From NCBI GenBank assembly GCA_031459385.1, contig JAVKIP010000004.1, positions 32,001-96,000 on the forward strand: 64,000 nt of DNA. The letters are read 5' to 3'. Under the pieces are notes generated by a model. It worked only from the letters and a program-made list of their open reading frames with translations, was not told the origin of the DNA and searched no databases. Source of the DNA: Candidatus Fervidifonticultor secundus. GTDB taxonomy: Bacteria > Sysuimicrobiota > Sysuimicrobiia > Sysuimicrobiales > Humicultoraceae. Numbering within the stretch: the first letter of the stretch is position 1; the number at the start of each line of letters is the position of its first letter. Both the position numbers and the translations under genes were made by a program. Positions 18,767 to 29,057 of the stretch are shown piece by piece.

Positions 18767-19888
18767 GTGACAGCAGTTCGCCTGCTGGTCGGCACGCGCA
18801 AGGGTGCTTTCGTCCTCACCGCCGGCGCGGATCGCCGCCACTGGGGAGTGGACGGACCGCACTTCGGCGGCTGGGAAGTGTTCCACGTCGAGGCCTCGCC
18901 CGCTGACCCGGACCGGCTGTACGCAGGGCTGTGGACGGCGTGGCACGGCGCCGTCGTCCAGCGCAGCGACGACGGCGGGCGCACCTGGACGCCCGTCGGC
19001 AACCGGTTCACCTACGCAGACGGCGACGCCGTGCACCAGGGCTTCGATGGCGAACCGCAGCCCTGGCGGTTCAGGCGGGTCTGGCACCTGGAGCCGTCGC
19101 CGGACGATCCGAACGTGCTCTACGCCGGTGTCGAGGACGCCGCGCTGTTCCGGTCGTCCGACGGCGGCACCACCTGGGAGGAGCTCCCGGCGCTGCGGCG
19201 GCATCCCACCGCGCCGACGTGGGCGCCGGGGGCCGGCGGCATGGGACTCCACTCGATCCTGCTCGAGCCCACCCGGCCCCGACTCTACGTGGCCATCTCG
19301 GCCGCCGGGGTGTTCCGCTCCGACGACGGCGGGCGGGCGTGGACCGTCGCGAACCGCGGCCTGCGCGCGCCGTATCTCGCCAACCCGGAGCCCGAGGCCG
19401 GCTACTGCGTGCACAAGATCGCCATGCACCCCGCGCGGCCGCACACCCTGTTCATGCAGAAACACTACGGCGTCTATCGCAGCGACGACGGCGGGGCGTC
19501 GTGGACGAAGATCAGCGGCACCCTCCCGTCGGACTTCGGCTTCCCCATCGCGGTCCACGCCCACGAGCCGCAGACGATCTACGTCGTGCCCATCACCAGC
19601 GACAGCGAGCACTTCCCGCCCGACGGCGCGCTGCGCGTGTGGCGCAGCCGGCGCGGGGACGGGGAGTGGGAGCCGCTGGCCGAGGGCTTGCCTGCCCGCC
19701 ACTGCTACGTGAACGTGCTGCGCGAGGCGATGGCCGTCGACCGTCTCGACCCGTGCGGCATCTACGTCGGGACGACGGGCGGGCAGGTCTACGCGTCGCC
19801 TGATGCCGGCGACCGCTGGGAGGCGATCGCCACGCACCTGCCCCCGGTGCTGTCGCTCGAGGTGCAGACGCTCCGCCCGGCCCCGTGA
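18767..19888 (+). CDS. BNR/Asp-box repeat beta-propeller protein (exo-alpha-sialidase-like)
   Basis: [10 protein letters not shown] start; repeated RSDDGGxTW Asp-boxes; LPSDFGFPI. Confidence 0.85.
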   Translation: MTAVRLLVGTRKGAFVLTAGADRRHWGVDGPHFGGWEVFHVEASPADPDRLYAGLWTAWHGAVVQRSDDGGRTWTPVGNRFTYADGDAVHQGFDGEPQPWRFRRVWHLEPSPDDPNVLYAGVEDAALFRSSDGGTTWEELPALRRHPTAPTWAPGAGGMGLHSILLEPTRPRLYVAISAAGVFRSDDGGRAWTVANRGLRAPYLANPEPEAGYCVHKIAMHPARPHTLFMQKHYGVYRSDDGGASWTKISGTLPSDFGFPIAVHAHEPQTIYVVPITSDSEHFPPDGALRVWRSRRGDGEWEPLAEGLPARHCYVNVLREAMAVDRLDPCGIYVGTTGGQVYASPDAGDRWEAIATHLPPVLSLEVQTLRPAP

Positions 19889-20225
19889 CGACGCCAGTCG
19901 CGGTGCGCATCTGGCTCCCGACGCATCTGCGCCGGCTGTGCCGGCTCCCCTCGGCGGTCGTGGACGTGACGCTCGCCGCGCGCGCCGCCCCCGTGACCCT
20001 GGCGGACGCGCTCGACGCCCTGGAGCGCGCGTATCCCGCGCTGCGCGGCACGATCCGCGACTATCCGCCGCAAGGCGCCGACGGGGTCGGGGCGCTGCGT
20101 CCTTTCCTCCGGTGCTTCGCCGGCCAGGTGGACCTCACGCCCGCCGGGCTGCACGCGCCGCTGCCCGAGGCGGTCGTGGCAGGCGGCGAGGTTCTGCGCA
20201 TCGTCGGTGCCATCGCCGGGGGTAG
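19885..20225 (+). CDS. MoaD/ThiS family ubiquitin-like domain (as sequenced, reads through in frame into the AlaX gene)
   Basis: LPTHLRRL...[17 protein letters not shown]...RPFLRCFA...[13 protein letters not shown] 20223-20225 is one base out of frame. Confidence 0.8.
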
Positions 20226-20229
20226 GGCC

Positions 20230-21456
20230 GTGGGGCCGGGCGCGACGCGCAGGCTGTTCTGCGACGACGCCTACCGCCGCACCGCCGAGGGTACGGTGCT
20301 GGCCGTGCGCACCGGCGATCGGCCGGCGGTCGCGCTGGATGCCACGATCTTCTTCCCGGCTGGGGGCGGCCAGCCCTGCGATCTCGGCACGCTGGGCGGC
20401 GCGTCGGTCGTCGACGTGCGCGAGGACGACGGGGTGATCTGGCACGCGCTCGACCCCGCCTTCGCCCCGCCCGCGGTGGGTGCCCGCGTGGCGCAGGAGC
20501 TCGACTGGCCGCGCCGCTTCGACCACATGCAGCAGCACACAGGACAGCACATTCTCTCGCAGGCGTTCCTCCGCGTGCTCGGCGCCCGGACGCTGGCGGT
20601 CCACATGGGCGCGTCGTGCACGCTGGACGTCGACGTCCCTGCGCCCGCGCCCGAGGCGTTCGCCCGCGTGGAGGAGCTGGCCAACGCCGTCGTCTTCGAG
20701 AACCGGCCGGTGCTGGTGCGCGCGGTAGAGCCGGCGGAGGCCGACCTGTTGGGCCTCCGCCGGCCGCCCAGGCAGGCCGGGCGCCTGCGCATCGTGGAGG
20801 TGGCGGAGTTCGACCGATCCGCGTGCGGCGGCACTCACGTGCAGGCCACCGGCGAGGTCGGCGTGGTGCTGCTGCGCGGGTGGGAGCGGTACAAGGGCGG
20901 GACCCGCGTGGAGTTCGCCTGCGGGGCGCGCGCCGTGCGCGACGCCCGCGCCATGCGGCGCCTGCTGCGCGAGGCGGCCCTGCCGCTGTCGGTGGGGGCG
21001 CACGAACTGCCCGAGGCCGTCGCGCGGCTGCGCGAGCGGGCGCACGACCTGGAGAAGCAGCTGGTCCGGGCGCGGGAGCGACTGCTCGAGCTCGAGGCCG
21101 AAGTGCTGCTGGAGGCCGCCCGCCCGGGCGGGGCGGCCGGCGCCGCGTCGCCCGCCCTGGTGACGGCCGTCTTCGCCGCCCGGCCCATGGAGGAGGTCCG
21201 GGCCCTGGCCCGCGCGGTCACGCAGCGCGGGCCTGCCGTGGCCCTCTTCGCCGTGGATCACGGCCGGCGCCTGGTCGTGGCCCGCAGCCCGGGGCTGCGG
21301 GCCGACGCCGCGGCGATCCTGCGCGTCGCCCTGGCCCGATTCGGTGGCCGGGGCGGCGGGACGCCCGAGGCCGCCGAGGGCGCGGCCACCCAGGCGCCCA
21401 CCGCGCAGGCGCTGGTCGACGCTGCGGCCGAGGTGGCCCGGGAGGTCGCGGGCTGA
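20230..21456 (+). CDS. Alanyl-tRNA editing protein (AlaX-L, with DHHA1 domain)
   Basis: TIFFPAGGGQPCDLG, RRFDHMQQHTGQHILS (HxxxH), ACGGTHV (CxxxH), GGRGGG. Confidence 0.88.
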   Translation: MGPGATRRLFCDDAYRRTAEGTVLAVRTGDRPAVALDATIFFPAGGGQPCDLGTLGGASVVDVREDDGVIWHALDPAFAPPAVGARVAQELDWPRRFDHMQQHTGQHILSQAFLRVLGARTLAVHMGASCTLDVDVPAPAPEAFARVEELANAVVFENRPVLVRAVEPAEADLLGLRRPPRQAGRLRIVEVAEFDRSACGGTHVQATGEVGVVLLRGWERYKGGTRVEFACGARAVRDARAMRRLLREAALPLSVGAHELPEAVARLRERAHDLEKQLVRARERLLELEAEVLLEAARPGGAAGAASPALVTAVFAARPMEEVRALARAVTQRGPAVALFAVDHGRRLVVARSPGLRADAAAILRVALARFGGRGGGTPEAAEGAATQAPTAQALVDAAAEVAREVAG

Positions 21457-22610
21457 TGCGTGCCGACCGGGCGCGGGTCGTGCGCCTGCTGCAGGCGCTG
21501 GTGGCCACCGAGTCGGTCAATCCCTCGCTGGTCCCGGGCGGTGCGGGCGAGCGCGCGATCGCCGAGCTGATCGCCGCCGAGTGCCTCGCGATGGGGCTGG
21601 AAGTGCGCGTCGACGAGGTCGCGCCGAACCGGCCCAACGTGATCGCGCGCCTAGTCGGGCGCCGCGCCGGGCCGCGGCTGCTGCTGTGCGGCCACACCGA
21701 CACCGTCTCGGCAGCCGGTATGGCCGAACCGTTCTCGGGCCGCGTGGACGGCGACCGCCTCTACGGCCGCGGAGCCTACGACATGAAGGGCGGCGTGGCC
21801 GCCATCCTGGAAGCAGCGCGCCTGGTGGCCGGCGCCGGCCTGCCGGCCGGCGAGCTGGTGGCGGCGTTCGTCGTCGACGAGGAGTACGCCAGCCTCGGGG
21901 CCGCCGACCTGGTCTCGCGCGAGCGCGCCGATGCCGCCGTGATCGCCGAGCCTACGGCGCTGGACCTCTGCGTGGCGCACAAGGGGTTCCTGTGGGCGCG
22001 GCTCGAGACCGCCGGCCGCGCCGCGCACGGCAGCCGGTACGATGCCGGCGACGACGCCATCACCCGCATGGGCCACGTGCTGGTGGCGCTCGACCGCCTC
22101 GAGCGGGAGGTCCTGCCGCAACGCACGCACCCGCTGCTGGGCCGCGCCTCGCTCCACGCCGCGACCATCGAGGGCGGGCTCGGGTGGAGCACATACCCCG
22201 ATCGGTGCGTGCTCGCCGTCGAGCGCCGGCTGCTCCCCGGTGAGCGGGACGCCGACGTGCTGGCCGAACTGGAGGCGGTGCTGCGCCAGGCGGCAGAGCG
22301 CTCGCCCGGGCTGCAGGGCAGCGTCGCAGTTGTCATGAGCCGGCCGCCCTTCGAGATCGCGCGGGACGCCCCGGTGGTGCGCGCCCTGGTGGCCAGCGTG
22401 CAGGCGGCGGGCGGGCGGACGCCCCGCCTGGTGGGCGAGCATCCGTGGTTTGACGCGGCCCTGCTGGGCGCGGCGGGCGTACCCACGGTGATCTTCGGAC
22501 CCGCAGGGGCGGGTGCGCACGCCGCCGAGGAATGGGTGGACGTGCCTTCGGTCGTGACCTGCGCCGAGGTGCTGGCGGACCTGACGCGGCGATGGTGCGC
22601 CGCGACGTGA
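21456..22610 (+). CDS. ArgE/DapE family deacylase (M20A)
   Basis: ESVNPSL, GHTDTV, YGRGAYDMKGG, VDEEY, GRAAHGS, HAAEEWV. Confidence 0.9.
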   Translation: MRADRARVVRLLQALVATESVNPSLVPGGAGERAIAELIAAECLAMGLEVRVDEVAPNRPNVIARLVGRRAGPRLLLCGHTDTVSAAGMAEPFSGRVDGDRLYGRGAYDMKGGVAAILEAARLVAGAGLPAGELVAAFVVDEEYASLGAADLVSRERADAAVIAEPTALDLCVAHKGFLWARLETAGRAAHGSRYDAGDDAITRMGHVLVALDRLEREVLPQRTHPLLGRASLHAATIEGGLGWSTYPDRCVLAVERRLLPGERDADVLAELEAVLRQAAERSPGLQGSVAVVMSRPPFEIARDAPVVRALVASVQAAGGRTPRLVGEHPWFDAALLGAAGVPTVIFGPAGAGAHAAEEWVDVPSVVTCAEVLADLTRRWCAAT

Positions 22611-22634
22611 GCCGCGCGGAGGCCCGGCCCCGAC

Positions 22635-23435
22635 GTGCCCATCGTCACCCTGCTCTCGGACTTCGGGGCGTCGTCGCCCTACCCCGGCGAGGTGCGCGCG
22701 GTGCTCCTGCGGGCCAGCCGGGCCGTGGTCGTGGACATCACGCACGACATTCCCCGGCACGACATCGCCTGCGGGGCTGCGGTGCTGGCCGCGGCCGCGC
22801 CAGCCTTCCCTGCGGGGACGGTCCACCTGGCGGTGGTTGATCCGGGCGTGGGCACCGCGCGGCGCGGTCTGGTGATCGCCTCGGGCGGCCAGTGGTTCGT
22901 CGGGCCCGACAACGGCCTGCTCCTGCCGGCGGCTGCGGCGGTGGGACGGCCGCAGGCGCTGGCGATCGACACGGCGCGCCTGGTGCGCGAGCCGCCGTCG
23001 GCGACGTTCCACGGCCGGGACGTCTTCGCCCCGGCCGCCGCGGCCATCGCCTCGGGCGTCCCGCCCGAGGCGTTCGCGTCGCCCATCGCCGCGCCGGTCG
23101 CCCTGCCCGTCGACGCGCCCTCGCGGGCTGCAGGCCGGCTGGTCGGCCGCGTGGCGTACCGCGACCCCTTCGGCAACCTGGTTACCGACATCCCCGCGCG
23201 CTGGCTCGACGACCTCCCGCAGCGGCTCGTGGTAGTGTATCGTGGAGGACGCGCGCCGGCCCGGCGGGCGCGCACCTACGCCGACGGCAGGCCCGGAGAG
23301 GTGCTCGCGCTGGCGGGCAGCGCCGGCACCATCGAGGTCGCGCTGAACCAGGGCGACGCCGCCGCGCGCCTGGGGCTGCGCGCGGGTGATGCGGTGGTCC
23401 TGGAAGCGCGTGCGGCGCGGCGGGCCCGCCGTTGA
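22635..23435 (+). CDS. SAM hydroxide adenosyltransferase (DUF62, chlorinase/fluorinase family)
   Basis: TLLSDFG, VVDPGVGTARR, GPDNGLL, SATFHGRDVFAP, DPFGNLVT. Confidence 0.92.
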   Translation: MPIVTLLSDFGASSPYPGEVRAVLLRASRAVVVDITHDIPRHDIACGAAVLAAAAPAFPAGTVHLAVVDPGVGTARRGLVIASGGQWFVGPDNGLLLPAAAAVGRPQALAIDTARLVREPPSATFHGRDVFAPAAAAIASGVPPEAFASPIAAPVALPVDAPSRAAGRLVGRVAYRDPFGNLVTDIPARWLDDLPQRLVVVYRGGRAPARRARTYADGRPGEVLALAGSAGTIEVALNQGDAAARLGLRAGDAVVLEARAARRARR

Positions 23436-23481
23436 CGCCGCACCGCTGGCTCGTGGCCGGCGTCGGCGATGGGCAGGGACA

Positions 23482-23507
23482 GGAAGAGGAAGCCGCCTCT
23501 CCACGTT
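23482..23507 (+). promoter_or_regulatory. SigR/SigH-type ECF promoter upstream of ccdA
   Basis: GGAAG-N18-GTTG. Confidence 0.5.
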
Positions 23508-23572
23508 GGGATGAACGAGCGGCACACGTAACCTGGCCGGCGGCGCGCGTAGCCCGGCACCCGAGGTGGCAC

Positions 23573-24304
23573 GTGGTCTCCGAGATCAACTTGGTGCTGG
23601 CGTTCGCGGCAGGCGTGCTCGGGTTCCTGAGCCCGTGCGTGGTGCCGCTCATTCCCGGGTACTTGTCGTTCGTCTCGGGCCTGTCGCTCACAGAGATGAG
23701 CCTGCAGGAGCGCCGACAGCACGTGGGCCGCGTGCTGCTGGCCACCGGGCTGTTCGTGCTCGGGTTCTCGACCGTCTTCACGGGTCTCGGGGCCTCGGCC
23801 TCGCTGCTGGGCGAGCTGGTGCTGGGGAACCGGCAGTGGCTCGCGCGGATCGGGGGCGTGGTGGTCATCGCGCTCGGCCTGGCCACCCTGGGCGTGATCA
23901 AGGTGCCGGGCCTCTATCGCGAGCGTCGCTGGCGCCTGGCGCGCCGGCCCCTGGGCCTGCTGGGTGCCGTCCCCGTCGGGATGGCCTTCGGTTTCGCCTG
24001 GACGCCCTGCGTGGGGCCGGTGCTGACGGCCGTGCTCACGTTGGCCGCCGCGTCCCAGACGGCATCCAGCGGCGCACTGCTCCTGTTCACCTACGCCATG
24101 GGCCTGGGCCTGCCATTCCTGCTCACCGCGGTGCTGCTCACGGCCGCCGTGGACGCCCTGGGCTGGCTGCGGCGGCACGCGCGGGCGGTGACGACGGTCA
24201 GCGGCGTCTTCCTGCTGGTGATGGGCGCGGCCATGGTGACCGACATGCTGTTCCGGCTGAACGCGTACCTCATCCGGCTCGTGCCCTTCCGGCCGGTGCT
24301 CTGA
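23573..24304 (+). CDS. ccdA: Cytochrome c biogenesis / thiol-disulfide transporter CcdA
   Basis: AGVLGFLSPCVVPLIPGYLS and FAWTPCVGPVL Cys motifs; about 6 TM. Confidence 0.92.
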   Translation: MVSEINLVLAFAAGVLGFLSPCVVPLIPGYLSFVSGLSLTEMSLQERRQHVGRVLLATGLFVLGFSTVFTGLGASASLLGELVLGNRQWLARIGGVVVIALGLATLGVIKVPGLYRERRWRLARRPLGLLGAVPVGMAFGFAWTPCVGPVLTAVLTLAAASQTASSGALLLFTYAMGLGLPFLLTAVLLTAAVDALGWLRRHARAVTTVSGVFLLVMGAAMVTDMLFRLNAYLIRLVPFRPVL

Positions 24305-25671
24305 TGCGGCGCCGTCCGCTGCGCGCCGTCCTGCTGCTGGTCGCGCTGGCCCTGGTGGCGGCGCCGGTGGGGCGGCCGCGCGCGCATGCGGCCGATGCTG
24401 GGCTCGTGCTCGAGGCGTTGCGCATCTTGCGCGCCAGGTACGTCGATTCCGTCGAGCCCACACCCCTGCTGAACGGCGCGCTGGCCGGCGTGCGGGCGGC
24501 GCTGTCGGCGGCGGGGGTCGCCGCCGAGGTGCCGGAGCTCGCGTCCCCCGGCGAGGCGGCCGACGCCGCGTTCCGGGCCCGCTTCGAGGCGGCCGCGGCG
24601 GCCGCCAGCGGTCGCCTCACCCGGACCGCGTTGACCTACGCGGCGATTCGCGGCATGACGGCCACGCTGCGCGACTCGCACACCGGGTTCCTCACCCCCG
24701 AGGCCAACCGCGAGCGCCAGCTGCGCCAGCGGGGTCAGGCTGGCTTCACCGGCGCGGGCATCGTGCTGCTTGAGCGCGACGGCCGGTTCTACGTGCGCGA
24801 CGTGATCCCGGACGGCCCGGCGCTGCGCGCTGGCGTGCAGCGGCTCGACCGCATCGCGCGCATCGACGGGATCTCCACGCTCGGATTGCAGGTGGAGCAG
24901 GTCGCGGGGTCGATTCGCGGGCCCGCGGGCACGGCTGTGACCCTGGTGCTCGACCGGCCGGGCCGCGCCGACCCCGTCACGGTCAGCCTGGTGCGCGCGC
25001 CCATCCAGGTGCCGGCGGTGTTCGAGGCCCGCGTGCTCCCCGGCGGCGTCGGCTACCTCCACTTCTACCAGTTCACCGCGCGCTCGGGGCGGGAGTTCCG
25101 GGCCGCGCTGGACCGCCTGCTGGCCAGCGGCGCGCGCGCGCTCGTGCTGGACGTGCGCGCCAACGTCGGCGGCTACGTCCACGAGCTGTCGGCGGTGCTG
25201 AGCGCGCTGCTACCCGCAGGCCGGCCGATTCTCCGGGAGACGAGCCGGGGCGGCCGCACGCGGACCGTGTACACTGCGGGCCGGCCCGCGCTGCCACCGG
25301 GGCTGCCCGTCGTCGTGCTCGTCGACGACGCCACGGCATCCGCTGCCGAACTCCTCGCTGCCGCGCTCCGCGAGCACCTGCGGGCACGAGTGGTGGGCAC
25401 CCGGACCAGCGGCGCCGTGGAGGCCAGCATCGTCGTCGACCTCTCCGACGGCTCCGCGCTTAGCGTGACGGTCCAGCGGCTGTCCACGGGACTGGGCTAC
25501 CGTCTGGAGGGCGTGGGCGTGCAGCCCGATCTCTCGATCGCCCTGACAGGCGCTGACCTCGACCGCGGCCAGGACACGCAGTTGCTGCGCGCCCTGGCCG
25601 TGGCGCGGGAGGGCGCGCGGCCCGCTGCGCAGCCGCGGTCTGCCGTGGGCGGGAGCGGGCGCACGCCATGA
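24304..25671 (+). CDS. S41 family peptidase with PDZ domain (paralog 1)
   Basis: Signal peptide; DSHTGF, PDZ (IRGPAGT), LDVRANVGG, TASAAE, GVGVQPD. Confidence 0.88.
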   Translation: MRRRPLRAVLLLVALALVAAPVGRPRAHAADAGLVLEALRILRARYVDSVEPTPLLNGALAGVRAALSAAGVAAEVPELASPGEAADAAFRARFEAAAAAASGRLTRTALTYAAIRGMTATLRDSHTGFLTPEANRERQLRQRGQAGFTGAGIVLLERDGRFYVRDVIPDGPALRAGVQRLDRIARIDGISTLGLQVEQVAGSIRGPAGTAVTLVLDRPGRADPVTVSLVRAPIQVPAVFEARVLPGGVGYLHFYQFTARSGREFRAALDRLLASGARALVLDVRANVGGYVHELSAVLSALLPAGRPILRETSRGGRTRTVYTAGRPALPPGLPVVVLVDDATASAAELLAAALREHLRARVVGTRTSGAVEASIVVDLSDGSALSVTVQRLSTGLGYRLEGVGVQPDLSIALTGADLDRGQDTQLLRALAVAREGARPAAQPRSAVGGSGRTP

Positions 25672-27041
25672 CGCCGCGCCGCGCGGGCCGCATCGCGGGC
25701 TGGCTGCTGCTCGCGGCACTGGTCGCGCCGGTCGCGGCCCTGCCCGCATCGGCCGCCGCCGCCCCTGCGTCCGCCGATGCCGGGCTGGTGCTGCAGGCGC
25801 TGGCGCTCCTGCGCGAGCACTACGTGGAACGCGTCGAGGTGCTCCCGCTGCTGAACGGCGGCATCGGCGGCATGCGCGCGGCGCTGTCCGCCGCGGGGGT
25901 GCAGGCCGACTTGCCGGATCTGCCGGCGGAGACGTCCGAGGCACAGGCCCAGGCGGGCTTCCGCCTCCGCTTCGACGCCGCCGTCGCGGCGGCGGCCGGG
26001 CGCATGACGCGCGCGGCGCTGGCCCACGCCGCGATCCGCGGCATGACCGCGGTGCTGGCGGACTCGCACACGGGGTTCGTCCCGCCGGAGGAGTACGAGC
26101 GCATGCGGGCCCAGGCCAGCCGGCAGGCGCAGTTCTCTGGCATCGGCGTCGTGCTCCTGGCGCGCGAGGGCCGGTTCTACGTCCGCGATCTCATTCCGGG
26201 CGGCCCGGCCGAGGGGGCTGGCCTCCGGGCCTTCGACCGCATCGTGCGCATCGACGCCGTGCCCACCGGCGGCCTGGATGTCGCGCAGGTGTCGGGCATG
26301 ATCCGCGGACCGGCTGGTACCACGGTGACCCTCGTCGTCGAGCGCCCGGGCAGCGCCGACCCCGTGACGGTCTCCGTCGCGCGCGCCCCCATCCGCGTCC
26401 CGCCCATCTTCGACGGCCGCGTGCTGGGCGACGGCATCGGGTACGTCAAGCTGCACAGCCTCTTCGCGGACCGCGTCGGCCAGGAGTTTCGCCAGCGCCT
26501 CGAGCGGCTGCTGGCCAGCGGCATGCGGGCCCTGGTGCTGGATGTGCGGGGTAACTCGGGCGGCTATGTGCACGAGCTGATCCAGGTGCTGAATGCGTTG
26601 CTGCCCCCCGGACAGCCCGTCCTCCAGGAGACGCGGCGCGGGGGCGCGACACAACTGATCCGTACGTGGGCGCCGCCCGTGTTGCCGGCGCACGTGCCCG
26701 TCGTGGTCCTGGTGGACGAGGCCAGCGCGTCGGCGGCAGAGCTCCTGGCCGCCGCCCTGCAGGAGCACGGCCGCGCGACGCTCGTGGGTGAGAAGACCAG
26801 CGGTGCGGTCGAAGCCGGGGCCACCTTCGAACTGCCCGACGGGTCCGCGCTGCTCATCACGGTCCGGCGGCTCGCGACCGGCCGCGGGCGGCGCCTCGAA
26901 GGCGTGGGCGTGATGCCGCACGTCCCCGTCGCCCTGGCGGTTGCCGATCTGGACCAGGGGCGCGACGCGCAGTTCGACCGCGCGCTCCAGGTCGCCCGGC
27001 AGCGCCTGGGCCTGGCGCGGCGGCCGGCGGCCAGCCCGTGA
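25668..27041 (+). CDS. S41 family peptidase with PDZ domain (paralog 2)
   Basis: Signal peptide; FSGIGV, LDVRGNSGG, SASAAE, GVGVMPH. Confidence 0.88.
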   Translation: MTPRRAGRIAGWLLLAALVAPVAALPASAAAAPASADAGLVLQALALLREHYVERVEVLPLLNGGIGGMRAALSAAGVQADLPDLPAETSEAQAQAGFRLRFDAAVAAAAGRMTRAALAHAAIRGMTAVLADSHTGFVPPEEYERMRAQASRQAQFSGIGVVLLAREGRFYVRDLIPGGPAEGAGLRAFDRIVRIDAVPTGGLDVAQVSGMIRGPAGTTVTLVVERPGSADPVTVSVARAPIRVPPIFDGRVLGDGIGYVKLHSLFADRVGQEFRQRLERLLASGMRALVLDVRGNSGGYVHELIQVLNALLPPGQPVLQETRRGGATQLIRTWAPPVLPAHVPVVVLVDEASASAAELLAAALQEHGRATLVGEKTSGAVEAGATFELPDGSALLITVRRLATGRGRRLEGVGVMPHVPVALAVADLDQGRDAQFDRALQVARQRLGLARRPAASP

Positions 27042-27099
27042 CGCTGCCGCGCTGACGCTCGACCGCCACCGCCACACGCTGGAGGACGCCGAGCGAACC

Positions 27100-28956
27100 A
27101 TGCTCCCATCGGACCGGCTGCGCGACAAGCTCATCGTGGCCAACAACAAGCCCTTTGGCGCCTATCAGGACCTGATCGGCGCCTATCGCTTCGACCGCTT
27201 CGTCTTGTACCTGGAGGCGATTCAGCCGGAGCCCATGGCCGGGCCGACCCGCGGCCGGGTGCGCGTCGACCAGGCCGAGGCCCAGATCCCGCCAGCGCTG
27301 TGGTCGACGCCCGCGCGCAAGACCGCGCTGGAGGACTTCCTCCTGCGTGCGCTGGCCGAGGCGATCCGCCGCCACGTCCGCACGCGGTGGACCGGGCGCG
27401 TGGCACCGCTTGCCGTGGATGTCGGCGGGCAGGCCGTGCTCCCGCGCGCCGCGTGTACCGTCGCCGAGGACTGGGTCGAGGTGCGCCTCGCCATCGGACT
27501 GCCCGCCGAAGGCCGCAAGGCCCTGGCCCGGGCCGCGATCACGCTCTTCTTCGAGGAGCTCCCGGCCGTCGTGAACGCCGGACTGATCTGGCCGCACCTG
27601 GACGGCGAGGCCGGCCGCCGGTTCGTCGAGACCGTTGAGGATTACCTGGCCCTGCGCGCGCAACTCCCCGCACTGGGGCTCGTGGCGTTTCTTGGCGACG
27701 GCGCCGTGCTGCCCCGCGAGACGCCGCCGGGCGACGGCCCGCTGCGCGGCGGCCGGGCGCAGCCGCTGCGCGCTCCCGACGAGCTGGCCGTCACCGTCAC
27801 CCTGCCCCACCGCGGCGCGGTGCGCGGGCTCGGCATCCCGCGCGGCGTCACTCTGGTCACCGGCGTTGCGTTCACCGGCAAGTCGACGCTGCTGGCGGCG
27901 ATCGCCCGCGGGGTGTACCCGCACGTGCCGGGCGACGGCCGCGAGCTGGTGGCGACGGTGCCGGATGCGGTCGCGCTGCGGGCGGAGCCGGGGCGCCGGA
28001 TCGAGCGCGTGGACGTCAGCGCGCTGGTGCGCGAGGTGCCCGGCCGATCCGACACCACGGCGCTCTCCACGGACCGCGCCAGCGGCACGCTGTCGGTGGC
28101 CGCGTCCCTGGCCGAGGCCCTCGAGGTCGGCACGAGCCTGCTCCTCTTCGACGAGGACGACCTGCCGGCAGCGTTCCTGACGCGGGACGCCCGCATGCAG
28201 GCACTGGTGCCCGCCCCGCGCGATCCGCTCGTCCGGCTCGTAGACGTGGTGCGGCCGCTGTGGGAGGACCTGGGCATCTCGTCGGTGGTGGCCACCGGCG
28301 GGCTCGGTGACTTCCTCGACGTGGCCGACACGGTGCTCGTGATGGACGGCTTCCTCCCGCGGGCGGCTACCGCGGCGGCGCGCCACGTGGCCGCGACATG
28401 GCCGGCGCGTCGGGCCCCGGAGCGCCCGGCGATCGCGGCTCCGGCGCCCAGGTGCCCGTCGCCGCGGGGCTTCAACGGCCTGCGCGGCCGGCGGGTGGTC
28501 AGCGAACTCCGCGGCCGGGGGACGTTGAGCCTGGGACGGGAGGCGGTGGACCTGACCGGCCTGCCCCAGTGCGTCGACCCCGCGCAGGCACGCGCGGCCG
28601 GCGACGCGATCCTCTACGCGCTGGACAAGGGGTACATCGACGGCGTCGCGTCCGTCGCCGAGATCGTCGCCCGGCTCTTCGCCGACCTCGACGCGGGGGG
28701 CCTGGCAGTCCTCGCGGCGGGCGATCGGGAAGCCCGGGACTACGCCCTGCCGCGGCCGCACGAGGTGGCCGCGGTGCTGAACCGCCTGCGCGCGTTGCAG
28801 GTGCGCGTCCGACGTCCCGGACAGCCCCCGCAGCCCGAGGCGCCGCAGCCCGCGGAGGCGGCGCGGGCGGCGGAGATCCTGCCGCCCGCCGGGGACAGCC
28901 CCGCGGCTCCGGTCCCGACCGGCGCGGATGCAGCGCCTGAAGGACCCGCGGGCTAG
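27100..28956 (+). CDS. Predicted ABC-class ATPase (COG3044-like)
   Basis: [21 protein letters not shown]alker [25 protein letters not shown]. Confidence 0.82.
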   Translation: MLPSDRLRDKLIVANNKPFGAYQDLIGAYRFDRFVLYLEAIQPEPMAGPTRGRVRVDQAEAQIPPALWSTPARKTALEDFLLRALAEAIRRHVRTRWTGRVAPLAVDVGGQAVLPRAACTVAEDWVEVRLAIGLPAEGRKALARAAITLFFEELPAVVNAGLIWPHLDGEAGRRFVETVEDYLALRAQLPALGLVAFLGDGAVLPRETPPGDGPLRGGRAQPLRAPDELAVTVTLPHRGAVRGLGIPRGVTLVTGVAFTGKSTLLAAIARGVYPHVPGDGRELVATVPDAVALRAEPGRRIERVDVSALVREVPGRSDTTALSTDRASGTLSVAASLAEALEVGTSLLLFDEDDLPAAFLTRDARMQALVPAPRDPLVRLVDVVRPLWEDLGISSVVATGGLGDFLDVADTVLVMDGFLPRAATAAARHVAATWPARRAPERPAIAAPAPRCPSPRGFNGLRGRRVVSELRGRGTLSLGREAVDLTGLPQCVDPAQARAAGDAILYALDKGYIDGVASVAEIVARLFADLDAGGLAVLAAGDREARDYALPRPHEVAAVLNRLRALQVRVRRPGQPPQPEAPQPAEAARAAEILPPAGDSPAAPVPTGADAAPEGPAG

Positions 28957-29057
28957 AGCCCGAACCCAACCCCTCGCGCAGCACTGTCCCGTCCGACCCG
29001 TCGGGGCCCCGACGCGGGGGCTGGGGGCTGGCGCGCGCTCACCCAGGGGGTGTACGG

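Noticed and set aside
15290..19837. 1515-aa minus-strand ORF and other long antisense or overlapping ORFs (e.g. 4842..7451, 48110..51040, 989..3451)
   Set aside because: Shadow ORFs of high-GC codon bias; Arg/Gly/Pro-rich with no motifs, and overlapping well-supported genes
22635..23435. Fluorinase/chlorinase secondary-metabolite locus
   Set aside because: Retains DUF62-type hydrolase motifs (DPGVG..RR, TFHGRD) and has no biosynthetic cluster around it
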